This document shows positions 1 to 10,476 of a stretch of 64,000 nt of DNA, in pieces. The DNA is taken from the IMG/VR virus record IMGVR_UViG_3300047678_000169, positions 16,239 through 80,238 of that record; one strand, written 5' to 3'. The notes under the pieces are model-generated. The model did not search any database. It was not told where the DNA came from and saw nothing but the letters and a program-made list of their open reading frames with translations. This stretch comes from a virus. Every line of letters begins with the position of its first letter. Position 1 is the stretch's first letter. A program made the position numbers and the translations under genes.

Positions 1-563
1 GCATCATGTCCACCAATGGCCAAGAAATCTTCCTTGCTAATCAGCCAAGGAGCAAAGATACCTCTGCTTGTAACATCCTTTGACTTGAGTTGTTCTTCAT
101 CTACAAATTTATCAAAATCTAATTGTTTAAATTCGTTGTATTCTTTACCAAACGGTTTCAATATCTTTTCCTTCCCAGGACCATAGATTCCTTCTGGCTC
201 AATACGTGTAGCACAGACGACTTTCTTTGGAGCCCAGTGTTTGATTAGGTTCTCCAAATAGTTTTTTCCACATATCATGTCTGAGTGAAAAATAGTCACC
301 AATGGGGTTGTAGCCAAATTTATTCCAATATCATATGTTATGGTATGGCCCATGATGTTTCCGCTATCATTCCTCCAACGACGAAGATTTGGGTCAGTAT
401 CATGTTTATCAGCAATCCATGTCCAACTTCCATCGGAACTACCATCATCGAGAATGACTATCTTTACGGATGGATAGTATTTTCTTAGGCTAGCATAGGC
501 GAGCTTCGTATATTCAATGGTGTTATACGAAGGAATAATAACTGTTACATCTTCTGTGGTCAT
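1..563 (-). CDS. Glycosyltransferase family 2 (runs off the window start)
   Basis: Translated by hand, not in the ORF track: MTTEDVTVIIPSYNTIEYTKLAYASLRKYYPSVKIVILDDGSSDG..., later IFHSDM; GT-A fold motifs. Confidence 0.85.
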   Translation of the reverse strand, partial: MTTEDVTVIIPSYNTIEYTKLAYASLRKYYPSVKIVILDDGSSDGSWTWIADKHDTDPNLRRWRNDSGNIMGHTITYDIGINLATTPLVTIFHSDMICGKNYLENLIKHWAPKKVVCATRIEPEGIYGPGKEKILKPFGKEYNEFKQLDFDKFVDEEQLKSKDVTSRGIFAPWLISKEDFLAIGGHD

Positions 564-757
564 TTCTTTGGTGGATAAAATGCTAATTCTTGATTTGGTA
601 ATTGTGTATAACCTTTATCTAACATTTCTTGAATTCGTTCACCCGGTTTTCCACTGATTAGGCAATAAACGACTATTGAATCATTCATTAGGTCTATCAT
701 CTTTTGTCTTCTACCACACATGAGGAATATTGATGTATTCGATTTCGGTTTCTCCAT
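560..757 (-). CDS. Small hypothetical protein
   Basis: Fills the operon gap; 4-nt overlap with the downstream gene start. Confidence 0.45.
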   Translation of the reverse strand: MEKPKSNTSIFLMCGRRQKMIDLMNDSIVVYCLISGKPGERIQEMLDKGYTQLPNQELAFYPPKK

Positions 758-1154
758 ACTTGTTCTTTGTAACTTTCATTTGAACATTGACGAGATACTT
801 ACTTTCTCTTTCTTTTGAGCGCTTCCAAAATTCTTGATAGTGTTTAACATCTTCTTGGAGGTCATATGGGTATCCAAGAATCTTTCTACGAAATGCCTTC
901 ATAATGATTCCACTCATGTCATCGGCATGTTCAATACCAATGGAGTTGAACCACTGTTTTAATGGACTTCCTGACCACAAGCCCCATGAATTACGCATGT
1001 TCATACCTGTAGTGAAGTGAAACTGAGCCATGTCAGCAGTTTTGAGCTTTTCTCTATCCTCATTGGTCAAACGAGCCTCAAGGTAAGCTATAGCCTCATC
1101 TAAATTCTTTGGTATATTATCAGTTAACATATTGAATTCCCGGTTTTTTAGCAT
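711..1154 (-). CDS. DUF6794-like hypothetical protein (start probably MLTDN near 1130)
   Basis: IPKNLDEA...HFTTGMNMRNSWGLW...HADDMSGII motif. Confidence 0.65.
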   Translation of the reverse strand: MLKNREFNMLTDNIPKNLDEAIAYLEARLTNEDREKLKTADMAQFHFTTGMNMRNSWGLWSGSPLKQWFNSIGIEHADDMSGIIMKAFRRKILGYPYDLQEDVKHYQEFWKRSKERESKYLVNVQMKVTKNKYGETEIEYINIPHVW

Positions 1155-1431
1155 ATCTGATTATCGGTCTTGGGTCATTGAATACACCGTCTTCCTCTAC
1201 CCAAGCTGGAATGAAAAATTCCCACACCACAATTTGATGTTTGTTGTTTTTAATAAAATTGACGGCAGCTTCTTCATGTTGAAAAACATGAGCCCTACAT
1301 ACAGCTGGAAGACCATTTATCGTATCAATTTTCATAGTTTCCCAATTAACCCTAGTTGCAGGATAGTTCGTGTATACGATTCCATCTATACCGTCTAACA
1401 AATGAAATAGCGTTCTCTTAGGGTGTTCCAT
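1120..1431 (-). CDS. Hypothetical protein
   Basis: Overlaps its neighbours in the operon. Confidence 0.55.
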   Translation of the reverse strand: MEHPKRTLFHLLDGIDGIVYTNYPATRVNWETMKIDTINGLPAVCRAHVFQHEEAAVNFIKNNKHQIVVWEFFIPAWVEEDGVFNDPRPIIRYAKKPGIQYVN

Positions 1432-2299
1432 ATAGTTCTCTAAACCTCTGTTTGAGTGTTGGGGTTAGCTTCACAAAACCGACCTCATCTTCGGTAAACA
1501 TTTCTCCCCATTTCTTCATCCACTTAGTATGATTGTCAGCCTCAGCTTTAACTTGCCTTGGGTGTCTAGTAGTTAGGTCGTCACCCCTAAAAATGCTTCC
1601 TCTGGCTCCGAAATGATAGACAACAGCTTGATTGGTTGTGGCGAATTCATAGCCCATGCACATCATACGGATGGTAAGGTCGTGGTCTTCATACGAAGCA
1701 GGAGCGAACAGTGGGTCATTGCCGCCTGTTTTGAGAAAGTCTTCTGTCTTTCCGAAATAAGATACTCCCTCCAGTTTTCTGTGCATGTGCGGTTCGTTTG
1801 CTACAACAAAGTCGCTTGACCAGTTTCTAAACTCCAGCCAGTCGAAGTTGTGGTGGAACTCTCCAAAAGCCTCCTTCGGAACCACAATTGTTCCAGGTCG
1901 AGACGTTTGATATGGCCCAAAAATGTTTGGTTCGATTCTTGTAGCACTAACGAAATATGGAACGCCGTGATTGAGAAGGCACGTTTGATAACATTCAATT
2001 AACGCCTTGTCGTAGTTCCTACCAATATACATGTCTGAATGTATCAGATTGAAATATTCCGTCCTAACTTGCTTTATCGCTTCATTGACTCCACCGCCAA
2101 TTCCTTTTGGAACATCGTTGTATTCTATGAGAGAATGAATGTCAGACCTGCTCAACAACCAATCGGCAGTTTCTTTGTCATTTTCGACATACACGATAAT
2201 TGGAGCATTCTTGTTGAAAGCGTTTGAACGTATGGAATCGATTGCCAACTTTAGATAATCTAAGTTCCTGTGAGTGTTAATTATCCATGTATAATTCAT
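1418..2299 (-). CDS. Glycosyltransferase family 2
   Basis: IINTHRN...LIHSDM...YEDHDL...VYHF; GT-A motifs. Confidence 0.85.
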   Translation of the reverse strand: MNYTWIINTHRNLDYLKLAIDSIRSNAFNKNAPIIVYVENDKETADWLLSRSDIHSLIEYNDVPKGIGGGVNEAIKQVRTEYFNLIHSDMYIGRNYDKALIECYQTCLLNHGVPYFVSATRIEPNIFGPYQTSRPGTIVVPKEAFGEFHHNFDWLEFRNWSSDFVVANEPHMHRKLEGVSYFGKTEDFLKTGGNDPLFAPASYEDHDLTIRMMCMGYEFATTNQAVVYHFGARGSIFRGDDLTTRHPRQVKAEADNHTKWMKKWGEMFTEDEVGFVKLTPTLKQRFRELYGTP

Positions 2300-3092
2300 G
2301 TTCGTATTCCTTCACTTTGTTAGAAGCCTCTATTGGAGATTGATAGTATCCAAGGCATTTTCTTTTTCTGTTTTCGTAAATATAAGCAAGAAATTTTTTT
2401 CTCTTTGTTATAAAATAAACCCCTCTATAACCTGAAATTCCAACCGGCTTCGCTAGAGACATTTTTCTTCTTGTTTGTTTACTAAAAATTCTTCCCATTA
2501 GAGATTTTGAAATATTCTTATTTTGTAAAATTGAGTGTTTTCTGTTTTTTTGAAATTCGGACATCCTTTTTCTTGTGATAATTGAGCAAATTCTGCCGGC
2601 AGCAGACCTTGACATTTTTTGTTTTGTTTTGTTCGTGTGGTTCTTTCCGAACATTGGATGATTTTTTCCGCTTAAGGCCATTGATAGTTTTTTCTTTGTA
2701 AAATCACTGACTTCGTAGTTATCACCTCCAGTTGTCAAATTATATCCAAATTCATTCTTACCGTGAAAGGTATTGAACATTTTGATATACTTTACCTCCA
2801 AACTATTCAACTCCTCCAAACAATCGGATGCATCAATGACATAACATTTGAAATTTTCTGGTCTTTTTCTCAATTTACTTTGAAAAAGAAATGCTTCATC
2901 ATAAATCAAATGGCCCTTGGTTCTGTAAAATATACGATTTCTTGTTTGTCCAATATAAACAGGAATATTGTTTTCCGTCCAAAGATATATTACATTTGAT
3001 AGATTACACCCAACACATTCGTTGTAAAATCCATCATAACAAATTGGGTATATATTATCAAACATTTTTGTATTTCTTTGCTTTAGTATCAA
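2277..3092 (-). CDS. GIY-YIG homing endonuclease with NUMOD3 repeats and AP2-like C-terminus
   Basis: VIYL..PVYIGQT, LEVKYI, GYNLTTGG, NHPMFGKNHT, SGYRGV. Confidence 0.85.
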   Translation of the reverse strand: MILKQRNTKMFDNIYPICYDGFYNECVGCNLSNVIYLWTENNIPVYIGQTRNRIFYRTKGHLIYDEAFLFQSKLRKRPENFKCYVIDASDCLEELNSLEVKYIKMFNTFHGKNEFGYNLTTGGDNYEVSDFTKKKLSMALSGKNHPMFGKNHTNKTKQKMSRSAAGRICSIITRKRMSEFQKNRKHSILQNKNISKSLMGRIFSKQTRRKMSLAKPVGISGYRGVYFITKRKKFLAYIYENRKRKCLGYYQSPIEASNKVKEYEHELYMDN

Positions 3093-3366
3093 TGTGTGAA
3101 ATCAACTCATTGAAGAAAATGATGGCGCTTTCGTCTGCTGCTCCTTCAAATTTGAGGCATCCACTCTCCCACGATAGAGTTGCAATTTTTCCAGTTTTTG
3201 GGTCGTGGAATGAAATTATTGGAAAATTGCTCACAGTTAATAGCCACGGAGTTAACCCAATGGAGTTGACTTTAAATTCTCCAAACGGAGTTTCTTCTAT
3301 AAATTCTAATGGGAGTTCTAATTGTTCTCCGGACACCTCTAAAGGTAATTCAAATTGTTCTTTCAT
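3058..3366 (-). CDS. Hypothetical protein
   Basis: ORF in operon context; repeated QxELPLE motif. Confidence 0.5.
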   Translation of the reverse strand: MKEQFELPLEVSGEQLELPLEFIEETPFGEFKVNSIGLTPWLLTVSNFPIISFHDPKTGKIATLSWESGCLKFEGAADESAIIFFNELISHIDTKAKKYKNV

Positions 3367-3367
3367 A

Positions 3368-3823
3368 TCATTTCAGTTGTTTAAGCCACTTGTTAAAATT
3401 CAAATCCCATTCACCGAGAGGTATTCTGGTTTCTGGTCTGTTTTGATATTCTTTCAGTTTTATTTTTACTTCCGGTCTATTTGCTGGATTATTTTTGCCT
3501 GTCAATCCGTAAAAATGATTGTTGGTGCCCATCTTTGAAATAGATACTTTCTTTCTCATTTCCTCCGACACATTTCTTATTCTACAACAACAAGAATTAC
3601 AGTTTTTTCCTTTAAGTGTTTTATATTGAGAAAGAAAGCATAATTTAATTTTTCCGCACGTTGGGCATCTTTTTACCCACTTTCTTATTTTTCCAATATC
3701 TATCCATTCGTTCCCCGTTGAGTCTATTTTTGTGTTTAGAATGATATCTCCTAGCTCTAGCACGTTGGAGTTCAAGCAATTCTTCTTTAGTTCTATGTAA
3801 TTTTCTTCTTCCCATACGTTCAT
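3368..3823 (-). CDS. Homing-endonuclease-related protein (Zn finger plus NUMOD3-like; no nuclease domain evident)
   Basis: CPTC/CNSC, EEMRKKVSISKMGTNNHFYG; late-type promoter upstream. Confidence 0.6.
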   Translation of the reverse strand: MNVWEEENYIELKKNCLNSNVLELGDIILNTKIDSTGNEWIDIGKIRKWVKRCPTCGKIKLCFLSQYKTLKGKNCNSCCCRIRNVSEEMRKKVSISKMGTNNHFYGLTGKNNPANRPEVKIKLKEYQNRPETRIPLGEWDLNFNKWLKQLK

Positions 3824-3845
3824 TTCCTATAAATATATCGTCACA

Positions 3846-4643
3846 TCATAAATCGTCACGGAATACATAACTTTCTGCTTTTTTTCGTAGTTCTAAATAA
3901 TCTTTTGTTCTTTTTATAACGGCGTGAAAAAATTCTGACTGACCGGCTTCTGCCTTTTGACAATATTCTTGAATGTTTATTCCAGCCACGCCTTTTTTCA
4001 CTGTCATTGAATTGTGATGAATAACACTTACGAGGTCACTCACTTTTATTTTCCAACCCCTGTCTTGGCATGTCAAAGCAAACAAAAAATCTATACCAAA
4101 TCCCATTATCAAACTTGGGTGTATTTCTTTTATCTCTTCAAGGAGTCTTTTCGAAATCAATGGGCATTGAAAATCTATGAACGGAACTTCTCTTGTCACC
4201 TTCCCATAACCATGCATAGTTTTCCAATGACATTGTTTGTTTGGTTCTACATTATAAAAGCTTGGAGATATGAGGTCGCATTGTGGATTTATTTGATAAT
4301 TTTCCGGGTCTTCTTTCCTATTAAATGTAAGACCAAACATCTCTGCTCTTAACACTCTGACAAAATTATATCCGTGAATTGTAAGGTCGTTGTTCAAAAA
4401 CAACATTGAATCGTATGTTGGGTCATCGATTACCATCTGCATCGCAGCATTGAATCCGCCGCCGAAGTAAACGTTCTTTTCAATTCGATGGGTTGTGTGC
4501 TTACTTGTTCCTTCGGAGGAAGAGCCATTATCAAATACCATCAAGTCATAATCATCTCGCTCATATGGCTTGAGCGACTCAAACAACATATCTGTGTAAT
4601 CAGGTAGGTTGTGATTCAGTATTATTGCGGCTGACTTTTTCAT
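3846..4643 (-). CDS. Glycosyltransferase family 2
   Basis: IILNHN..VFDNGS..FGGGFN..FLNND. Confidence 0.85.
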   Translation of the reverse strand: MKKSAAIILNHNLPDYTDMLFESLKPYERDDYDLMVFDNGSSSEGTSKHTTHRIEKNVYFGGGFNAAMQMVIDDPTYDSMLFLNNDLTIHGYNFVRVLRAEMFGLTFNRKEDPENYQINPQCDLISPSFYNVEPNKQCHWKTMHGYGKVTREVPFIDFQCPLISKRLLEEIKEIHPSLIMGFGIDFLFALTCQDRGWKIKVSDLVSVIHHNSMTVKKGVAGINIQEYCQKAEAGQSEFFHAVIKRTKDYLELRKKAESYVFRDDL

Positions 4644-5058
4644 GTAGTTCGCTATTTGATGGGATTAAAATTCCGAAGTCCTCGAATATAATATTCGATT
4701 CCACAAATATGTAGTGGTCTTCTGGATAAGTCAATTCAAAATATAACTCCAACTCATGTTCGGTGTCGGCTCTGACATGTTTTATATTACCTGTTCGTGT
4801 ATTCTTACACTCCCACAGCTGCTTCTTCTTGGCGACTATTTTATAGTCTCCGTTTTTATAAACTTCCGTTAGATGATACCAGAACAATGGAGCGAATGTA
4901 AAAGTGACATACCTAAATAACATGGTAAAATCATTGACAGCTCCGATTTGAGCCATTTTTAAAATACCATAAATGGATGTGGCACACACTAAGAGAGATA
5001 GATAGAACGCTAAAACTGAAAAGAAGTAAGCGGGTTTATTTCGTTTTGATATAATCAT
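4600..5058 (-). CDS. Membrane protein, 2 TM
   Basis: Two hydrophobic N-terminal segments. Confidence 0.55.
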   Translation of the reverse strand: MIISKRNKPAYFFSVLAFYLSLLVCATSIYGILKMAQIGAVNDFTMLFRYVTFTFAPLFWYHLTEVYKNGDYKIVAKKKQLWECKNTRTGNIKHVRADTEHELELYFELTYPEDHYIFVESNIIFEDFGILIPSNSELHEKVSRNNTESQPT

Positions 5059-5695
5059 TTGATTTAAGGGGCCAAGGTGTTACTAAGTCAAATTTATCCT
5101 CATCATTTAAATTCAATTCAACAATTTGACAATTTTTTGAGTTACCGAGATTGTGAAATTCATCAACTGTCCAATGCAACCATCGCATCAAAAGGACTCT
5201 CATAGCGTATCCATGTGTAACAATAAGAACGTTCTCAGGAAAATCTTCTTTCTTGAAGTCTCTATAAATTGTTTCTAAAAATCCAGTCATTCGGTCATAC
5301 ACATCAGCTCCAGATTCACCATCGGGAATTCTATAGAAGAAGTGTCCATATGCTTGTCTTTCCTTATCTATCGCAGAGTGCTCCTCCGCGACTCCCAAGT
5401 GACCCCACTCTTGTTCACGTAATCTTGGGTCTTCCTTGACAAAATCAACATTATCAGAATCGATATTGACCGACATGTTTCTCCATGTTTCCTTCGTTCT
5501 TAAAAATGGGGAAACATAAACTCCAAGCTTCTCCCAGCTAATTTGGTCGGAAATATACTTACCAGCCTTTAGAGATTGGTCAATGCCAAGCTCTGTCAAA
5601 GGAATCTTCCAATCTGGAATAACTGCGTGAACGTTTAGGTCGGCATTGGCAGTTGATTGCCCATGTCTGATGATAAAGATTCTCTTTGGCTTCAT
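5036..5695 (-). CDS. Histidine phosphatase (phosphoglycerate mutase family)
   Basis: RHGQS, SPFLRT, LREQEWG, GES, VTHG. Confidence 0.9.
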   Translation of the reverse strand: MKPKRIFIIRHGQSTANADLNVHAVIPDWKIPLTELGIDQSLKAGKYISDQISWEKLGVYVSPFLRTKETWRNMSVNIDSDNVDFVKEDPRLREQEWGHLGVAEEHSAIDKERQAYGHFFYRIPDGESGADVYDRMTGFLETIYRDFKKEDFPENVLIVTHGYAMRVLLMRWLHWTVDEFHNLGNSKNCQIVELNLNDEDKFDLVTPWPLKSNDYIKTK

Positions 5696-7041
5696 ACTTC
5701 GTCTTCGAAAAAGTCTACTTCTGGCTTTGGTTGGTGGTTATAGAAATCCAAACATTTTTGATTAACCATAATCTTGCTTGGATGAAATTTAGTCAATCGA
5801 AGAGAGCCGAGGTTGCGGACTCGACTTAGAGCTACATACACCTGCCCCGCGGCAAATGCTTCATTGATGTTGATTTCAGCGCGGTCGAGTGTCTGTCCCT
5901 GCGACTTGTGGACAGTCAATGCCCAAGCCAACTTGAGAGGAATTTGTTTACGTGAGGCAACAATGGTTGGCTTCATGTTGCCCAAACCATCGTCCTCAAT
6001 CTGTCGTAGTTCCCACTTTTGGGGTTCGATTGATTGAGTCAACCCATCGGCAAATTTTACTGTTACAAACTCAGGATACATTTCGGTGACAATACCAACG
6101 CTTCCATTGACCAATTTCAATTCAACGTCAAGATTCTTGAGAAGCATGACTTGAGCACCAACCTTCAACTCCAATGTAGAAGGTGCTCGGCAGTTCTTAT
6201 CGAAGAATTTTGTCCACTGTTCGCCACCTTCATCGGAACAGTAGTAATGTCGTGAAGCTCCTTCGATTTTATTGAGCTCTTTTTGGTTGAATTCATCTAC
6301 GTCAACGTTTTTACAAAACAATTTTACCGGCACAATACCATCTGTGGGGAAGTCACGGCCAATACAATCGTCGAGAATGTCGAAGTTTTTACACTCACCC
6401 TTTCTCACTTCGTTGAGAAATTCAGCAAATTCTGGTTCGTCATGCTGACGAACAATCTCTGTTAGATGAACAGTGGAAACTCGAGCGTCCTTCCACGCTT
6501 GAGATTCGAAAGCAAAAACTTCCCTTTCAAATCTTTCAAATACAGGAGGAAGCTGGAGAAAGTCTCCGACAAAAATTACTTGAATACCACCAAACGGCTT
6601 TCCGTTATTACGGATAAATTGGCAGACAATATCAAGCTTTTCTACCAAGTCAGCTTTAGCCATTGAAATTTCGTCAATGATTAGAACCTTGGAACTCTTG
6701 ATTCGATTGCTGGCCTTTCGATTGGACGACGCCTTCTCCAACAGAGCCATACCATTTTCATCCGCTAATCCCATTCCAGACCAAGAATGAATGGTGATTC
6801 CGCTGATGTTAATGGCCGCGACTCCTGTAGTAGCGGTCTTACCATAGAATATCTCCATTTCATCTAGGAACTTGATGAGCAACATCATACAGTATGTCTT
6901 GCCCGTTCCTGCAGGGCCTGTCAAGAAGATATTTTTCTTGTCAAAAAATCTGACGAAGAACTCTTTTTGTAGCTTGGTTAGTTCCTTCCATTCAGGCCTT
7001 TGCTTGAATATAGAAAGTAATGAACGATTTACAGACGCCAT
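5692..7041 (-). CDS. Pif1-family SF1B DNA helicase
   Basis: GPAGTGKT, IIDEISM, PFGGIQVIFVGDFLQLPPV, LAWALTVHKSQGQTL, YVALSR. Confidence 0.95.
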   Translation of the reverse strand: MASVNRSLLSIFKQRPEWKELTKLQKEFFVRFFDKKNIFLTGPAGTGKTYCMMLLIKFLDEMEIFYGKTATTGVAAINISGITIHSWSGMGLADENGMALLEKASSNRKASNRIKSSKVLIIDEISMAKADLVEKLDIVCQFIRNNGKPFGGIQVIFVGDFLQLPPVFERFEREVFAFESQAWKDARVSTVHLTEIVRQHDEPEFAEFLNEVRKGECKNFDILDDCIGRDFPTDGIVPVKLFCKNVDVDEFNQKELNKIEGASRHYYCSDEGGEQWTKFFDKNCRAPSTLELKVGAQVMLLKNLDVELKLVNGSVGIVTEMYPEFVTVKFADGLTQSIEPQKWELRQIEDDGLGNMKPTIVASRKQIPLKLAWALTVHKSQGQTLDRAEININEAFAAGQVYVALSRVRNLGSLRLTKFHPSKIMVNQKCLDFYNHQPKPEVDFFEDEV

Positions 7042-7047
7042 ATCATG

Positions 7048-7075
7048 AGACTACACAGCTCATCACCAAAGTCAA
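7048..7075 (-). promoter_or_regulatory. Sigma70-type promoter for the helicase (leaderless spacing)
   Basis: TTGACT-N16-TAGTCT-N6-ATG. Confidence 0.65.
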
Positions 7076-7098
7076 TGATAGACTAATTAAAATAAGTC

Positions 7099-7413
7099 TC
7101 AATAATCCGTTCGTTTCAATCGGTCAATTTCGGCTGCTATCAAAGCGCCGGCCTTAGCCAATTCTTTAATTCTTTCATCCACCGTTGGTCTAGCGCCAGG
7201 CTTCCACCACGAAACATCCCAAGGCCAACGATAAGTTCTACCTACGGTTAGGTCATACCCCATTCCTTTAACATAAACGTTCGAGCAAGCAGCATAACAT
7301 GCCGCTGCTTCAGCCAATTGTCCGTCTGTATATTGGTCGTCTCTATTTGAATCAAAGCCTTCTTCGTTGACTTGTCTTTCTCTCTCTTGTGTGATAATTT
7401 CGATGCCTGTCAT
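7099..7413 (-). CDS. Conserved phage hypothetical protein
   Basis: ERERQ..EG...DD...LA.AA.CY...WPW...WWKP...AGALIAAEIDRL motif, common in phages. Confidence 0.7.
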   Translation of the reverse strand: MTGIEIITQERERQVNEEGFDSNRDDQYTDGQLAEAAACYAACSNVYVKGMGYDLTVGRTYRWPWDVSWWKPGARPTVDERIKELAKAGALIAAEIDRLKRTDY

Positions 7414-7416
7414 AAA

Positions 7417-8226
7417 TTAATAGTGTAAAGGTGCTCCCCAATTACTCTGCATAACGATTCCGCTGAATACTTGGGCCAAATGCTCTTCTTTGTATCCGAG
7501 TCTCTTAAATTCTTCGTATTGAGGCTTGTAATGGAAGAATTTGAACATCGGTTCGATTGGGTGAATTGGAATTGCACCACTTACCAACAACCATTCTCCA
7601 TACCAAGAGAATTCAGATGGAACAGTCTTGATAAGGTCTTCAAACTTCAATCCATTTGGCTCAAGATAGTTTACTTCAAGAGATTTCCAAACGATACCAC
7701 TCCAAATGATAGGACCTGGTCCAAAATCATAGAATCGTCCTTTGCGGTCAAATACATCCATGACCTTTTGGCGACATTCCTTGAAACTTCCATACGGGTC
7801 GAATCCAAGAACCGAAGTTTTGTTACATGTCCAAGTGAACAAATCTTTTTGCTCATGCATCACTGTGTATGGAATATCACTGGTTCCTTCCACGATAAAA
7901 TCGCTGACGTAAAATGGTCGGATAAAATATGAGTCACTGTCAATCATGACGTAGTTGGCACACAGACCAAGCTTCCAAAAGCTGCTCTTGACAATCTGTT
8001 GGGTTGTCCATGATTCGGCTTGAGAGTGGTCGTAGATGGATTCATCTTCAACTAAAATGTAGCCAGTGGTTCCCAATGAATGCTTGAATATTTCTATATC
8101 TGCTTTTGGAACTGAAATGTAGAATGGAATATTATCGTTGTTGTATTTGAAGATAGAATCGAGCAACACTTTAGCTCTTGAAACGTCTCCACGATATGAC
8201 TTACAGTATAGAACAATATTTTTCAT
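7417..8226 (-). CDS. Putative glycosyltransferase (DUF6492-like)
   Basis: WTTQQIVK, YVMIDSD (DxD), SEFSWYG. Confidence 0.7.
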   Translation of the reverse strand: MKNIVLYCKSYRGDVSRAKVLLDSIFKYNNDNIPFYISVPKADIEIFKHSLGTTGYILVEDESIYDHSQAESWTTQQIVKSSFWKLGLCANYVMIDSDSYFIRPFYVSDFIVEGTSDIPYTVMHEQKDLFTWTCNKTSVLGFDPYGSFKECRQKVMDVFDRKGRFYDFGPGPIIWSGIVWKSLEVNYLEPNGLKFEDLIKTVPSEFSWYGEWLLVSGAIPIHPIEPMFKFFHYKPQYEEFKRLGYKEEHLAQVFSGIVMQSNWGAPLHY

Positions 8227-8927
8227 GTGCGAGGGAGCCAGTAGGTGTGGGTAAAATTGGTATCTTCTTGTAACATATTAAGATATTCGAGCTGAGTCAA
8301 TTCTTTTTCGTCCAGACTGTATATTTTATAGTTTATAGAATCGGGATATTCCGCCAGTGAATTAACTTGAAAACCGTAGCCCGGCAGAAATTTATTATGT
8401 CCCTCAATGAATATTATTGGTCGGTATGCTTCTATAACTTGTAAGGCTCCATTCAACACGGAAATTTCATACCCCTCCACATCAATTTTTATTACATCAG
8501 GACAAATGTTGTTCATTCGACAAAAATCATCGATTTTCATCAAAACAATTTTATCATTTCCTGGCAAAGACAATGCATGAAAATCATCCGAATTAAAATT
8601 AGCAATTCCGGTCTTGTCACCAACCAACATTTTTTGAGGATATATTTTCTTATCCTTATTAGCTAAATATAACTGTGTATAATGTGGCTGTTGAATGTGG
8701 CTTGGTTCAATGGCATAGCTTTCTCTCTTGTCATCTGCAAATAACAGACTGAATATTCCTAGTGCGGAGCCAACGTCAATTAAACACTTACAATTAGCCG
8801 TTTCTCTTAAAAACGCTTTCATTTCTTTGTTTTCTACAGAACCTTTGCTCAAACATCCATTGATGTTGTCAACATACGCATAACCGTATGGAACTTCAAA
8901 TGATTTTCCTTCAAACGAAGTTTTCAC
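8223..8927 (-). CDS. FkbM-family methyltransferase
   Basis: IDVGSALG, AIEP, IKIDVEGYE. Confidence 0.9.
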   Translation of the reverse strand: MKTSFEGKSFEVPYGYAYVDNINGCLSKGSVENKEMKAFLRETANCKCLIDVGSALGIFSLLFADDKRESYAIEPSHIQQPHYTQLYLANKDKKIYPQKMLVGDKTGIANFNSDDFHALSLPGNDKIVLMKIDDFCRMNNICPDVIKIDVEGYEISVLNGALQVIEAYRPIIFIEGHNKFLPGYGFQVNSLAEYPDSINYKIYSLDEKELTQLEYLNMLQEDTNFTHTYWLPRT

Positions 8928-9748
8928 AAACCCAATTCCTCTTTAAAATTATCAAATAACCAAGCAGTAACATCATTTCTGAATTTTACATCGCCCGTGA
9001 TATGAACCACGTTGGTTATGTCTTTGAAGGAAGTTTTGGGGTCTAATTTGCGACCCAATGCGTCAATCTGGCCGTCAAATAGAGTCCTTAACGTGTAATC
9101 CATGACATTGAACGAACGCGGTAGCAATGTGACAGGAAACTTGTTGTCTCTTACTGTAAAATTGAGAATGGTTTGGTCATCGGTAAAATCAGGAGATTTA
9201 TTAACTTCACACCACTTTTTATATTCTCTATGAAAAAATTCATATACCTCGTCCAAAGCCTTCTTATGTTTTTTACTGTATATGACCATACCACCATTGA
9301 TGTAATTTTCCCAAGAAACATCGGTTACTGTTGGAAACCAGTTTTCTCTAACCATTCTTATTGAACGGTTGAGTGCCGGTGCATATCCTCCGTCTGGACA
9401 ACCCCCGAAGTTGCCATCAACCATCTTGAAAAAATCTGGCGCCCAAGGCATAATGAATGTATCCCAATCAACCGCACATACTTGTTCAAATTCAATCTTG
9501 TTTTTCTCAAGTGCGTCTATAATCTTCATTCGCTGAAAGATTCCTGGAACCTTAGCTTGGTCTTCAAATTCCGTTTCAAGAAATATGAATTGATAACCAT
9601 GTTTTTCACACCACGCGTGCCACGAATAAGCGCATCTTTGAACAAATGGTTGATGTGGGGGCGTGGTTGGGCCACGCATTGCAGTCATACACACTACGTT
9701 TTTCATATTGGCATCTCCTTGAAAGTTCTTATCCAAGCCCATCTCCAC
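8924..9748 (-). CDS. Glycosyltransferase (GT8/GT34-like); true start probably near 9706
   Basis: VDWDT, YINGG, DDQTILN, VVHITG. Confidence 0.8.
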   Translation of the reverse strand: MEMGLDKNFQGDANMKNVVCMTAMRGPTTPPHQPFVQRCAYSWHAWCEKHGYQFIFLETEFEDQAKVPGIFQRMKIIDALEKNKIEFEQVCAVDWDTFIMPWAPDFFKMVDGNFGGCPDGGYAPALNRSIRMVRENWFPTVTDVSWENYINGGMVIYSKKHKKALDEVYEFFHREYKKWCEVNKSPDFTDDQTILNFTVRDNKFPVTLLPRSFNVMDYTLRTLFDGQIDALGRKLDPKTSFKDITNVVHITGDVKFRNDVTAWLFDNFKEELGL

Positions 9749-10476
9749 AACTGTGCAATACTTTTATTATGTTTATCTTCTTCTGTCAAAGTTCTTCCCT
9801 TAGAGAATGTATTTCCATTCATCCTCTGTGATTGTAATTTTTTATGTTCTTCCGTCCAAGTTTTACCAAGAGAATATTTGTTACCTATAGCGCTTTTACT
9901 AAGCTTTTGTTTGTGTTCATCGGAAAGTTTTTTTCCAAGAGTAGCGGTGTTTCCCATTTTTGCTATTGATAATTTCTTCCTATATTCATCAGATTTCATC
10001 ATTGTCTGGAATTTTTCACTGTTCTTCATTCCATTAGATATTTTCTTCAATGTCTCTTTACAGACATTTGATGGGCTGTCCCCAGCTCCATAACAATTAT
10101 ATCCATTATGAACCGAATCTTTTTTATTTATCCAAAAATTTTCTCTACCTTTCAACCCAATTAAATTTGGTCGCTGTTCAAGTATATGAAAAACAAAATT
10201 TTCTATTCCATGCTTCATAATGGCTCTATAAAGTTTCCACTGTTTTGAAAATTTCAATTTCTTATAGTCTCCCCACCGTTTATGTATGTTCTTGCTCCTT
10301 CCAACATACCATTTATCAGGCTTGATTTTATTTTGTATTCCATACACACCAATGATTTCAGTCTTTAGATGCCCAATATCGTTGCATTTGAATTTTTTTA
10401 TATCGTTCTTTATTTCGAGCGTAGTGTTCTCTTTTCCACCGTTTTTCAGCCTCTTGTTTTTCTTTAGTAGATTCAT
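9703..10476 (-). CDS. GIY-YIG homing endonuclease with NUMOD3 repeats
   Basis: GVYGIQN..WYVGRS..RW, ENFWI, GYN; repeated EHKQKLS motifs. Confidence 0.85.
   Translation of the reverse strand: MNLLKKNKRLKNGGKENTTLEIKNDIKKFKCNDIGHLKTEIIGVYGIQNKIKPDKWYVGRSKNIHKRWGDYKKLKFSKQWKLYRAIMKHGIENFVFHILEQRPNLIGLKGRENFWINKKDSVHNGYNCYGAGDSPSNVCKETLKKISNGMKNSEKFQTMMKSDEYRKKLSIAKMGNTATLGKKLSDEHKQKLSKSAIGNKYSLGKTWTEEHKKLQSQRMNGNTFSKGRTLTEEDKHNKSIAQLWRWAWIRTFKEMPI

Noticed and set aside
2277-10476. Group I introns hosting the GIY-YIG genes
   Set aside because: Flanking genes are complete and no intron core sequences are evident; the endonucleases are free-standing.
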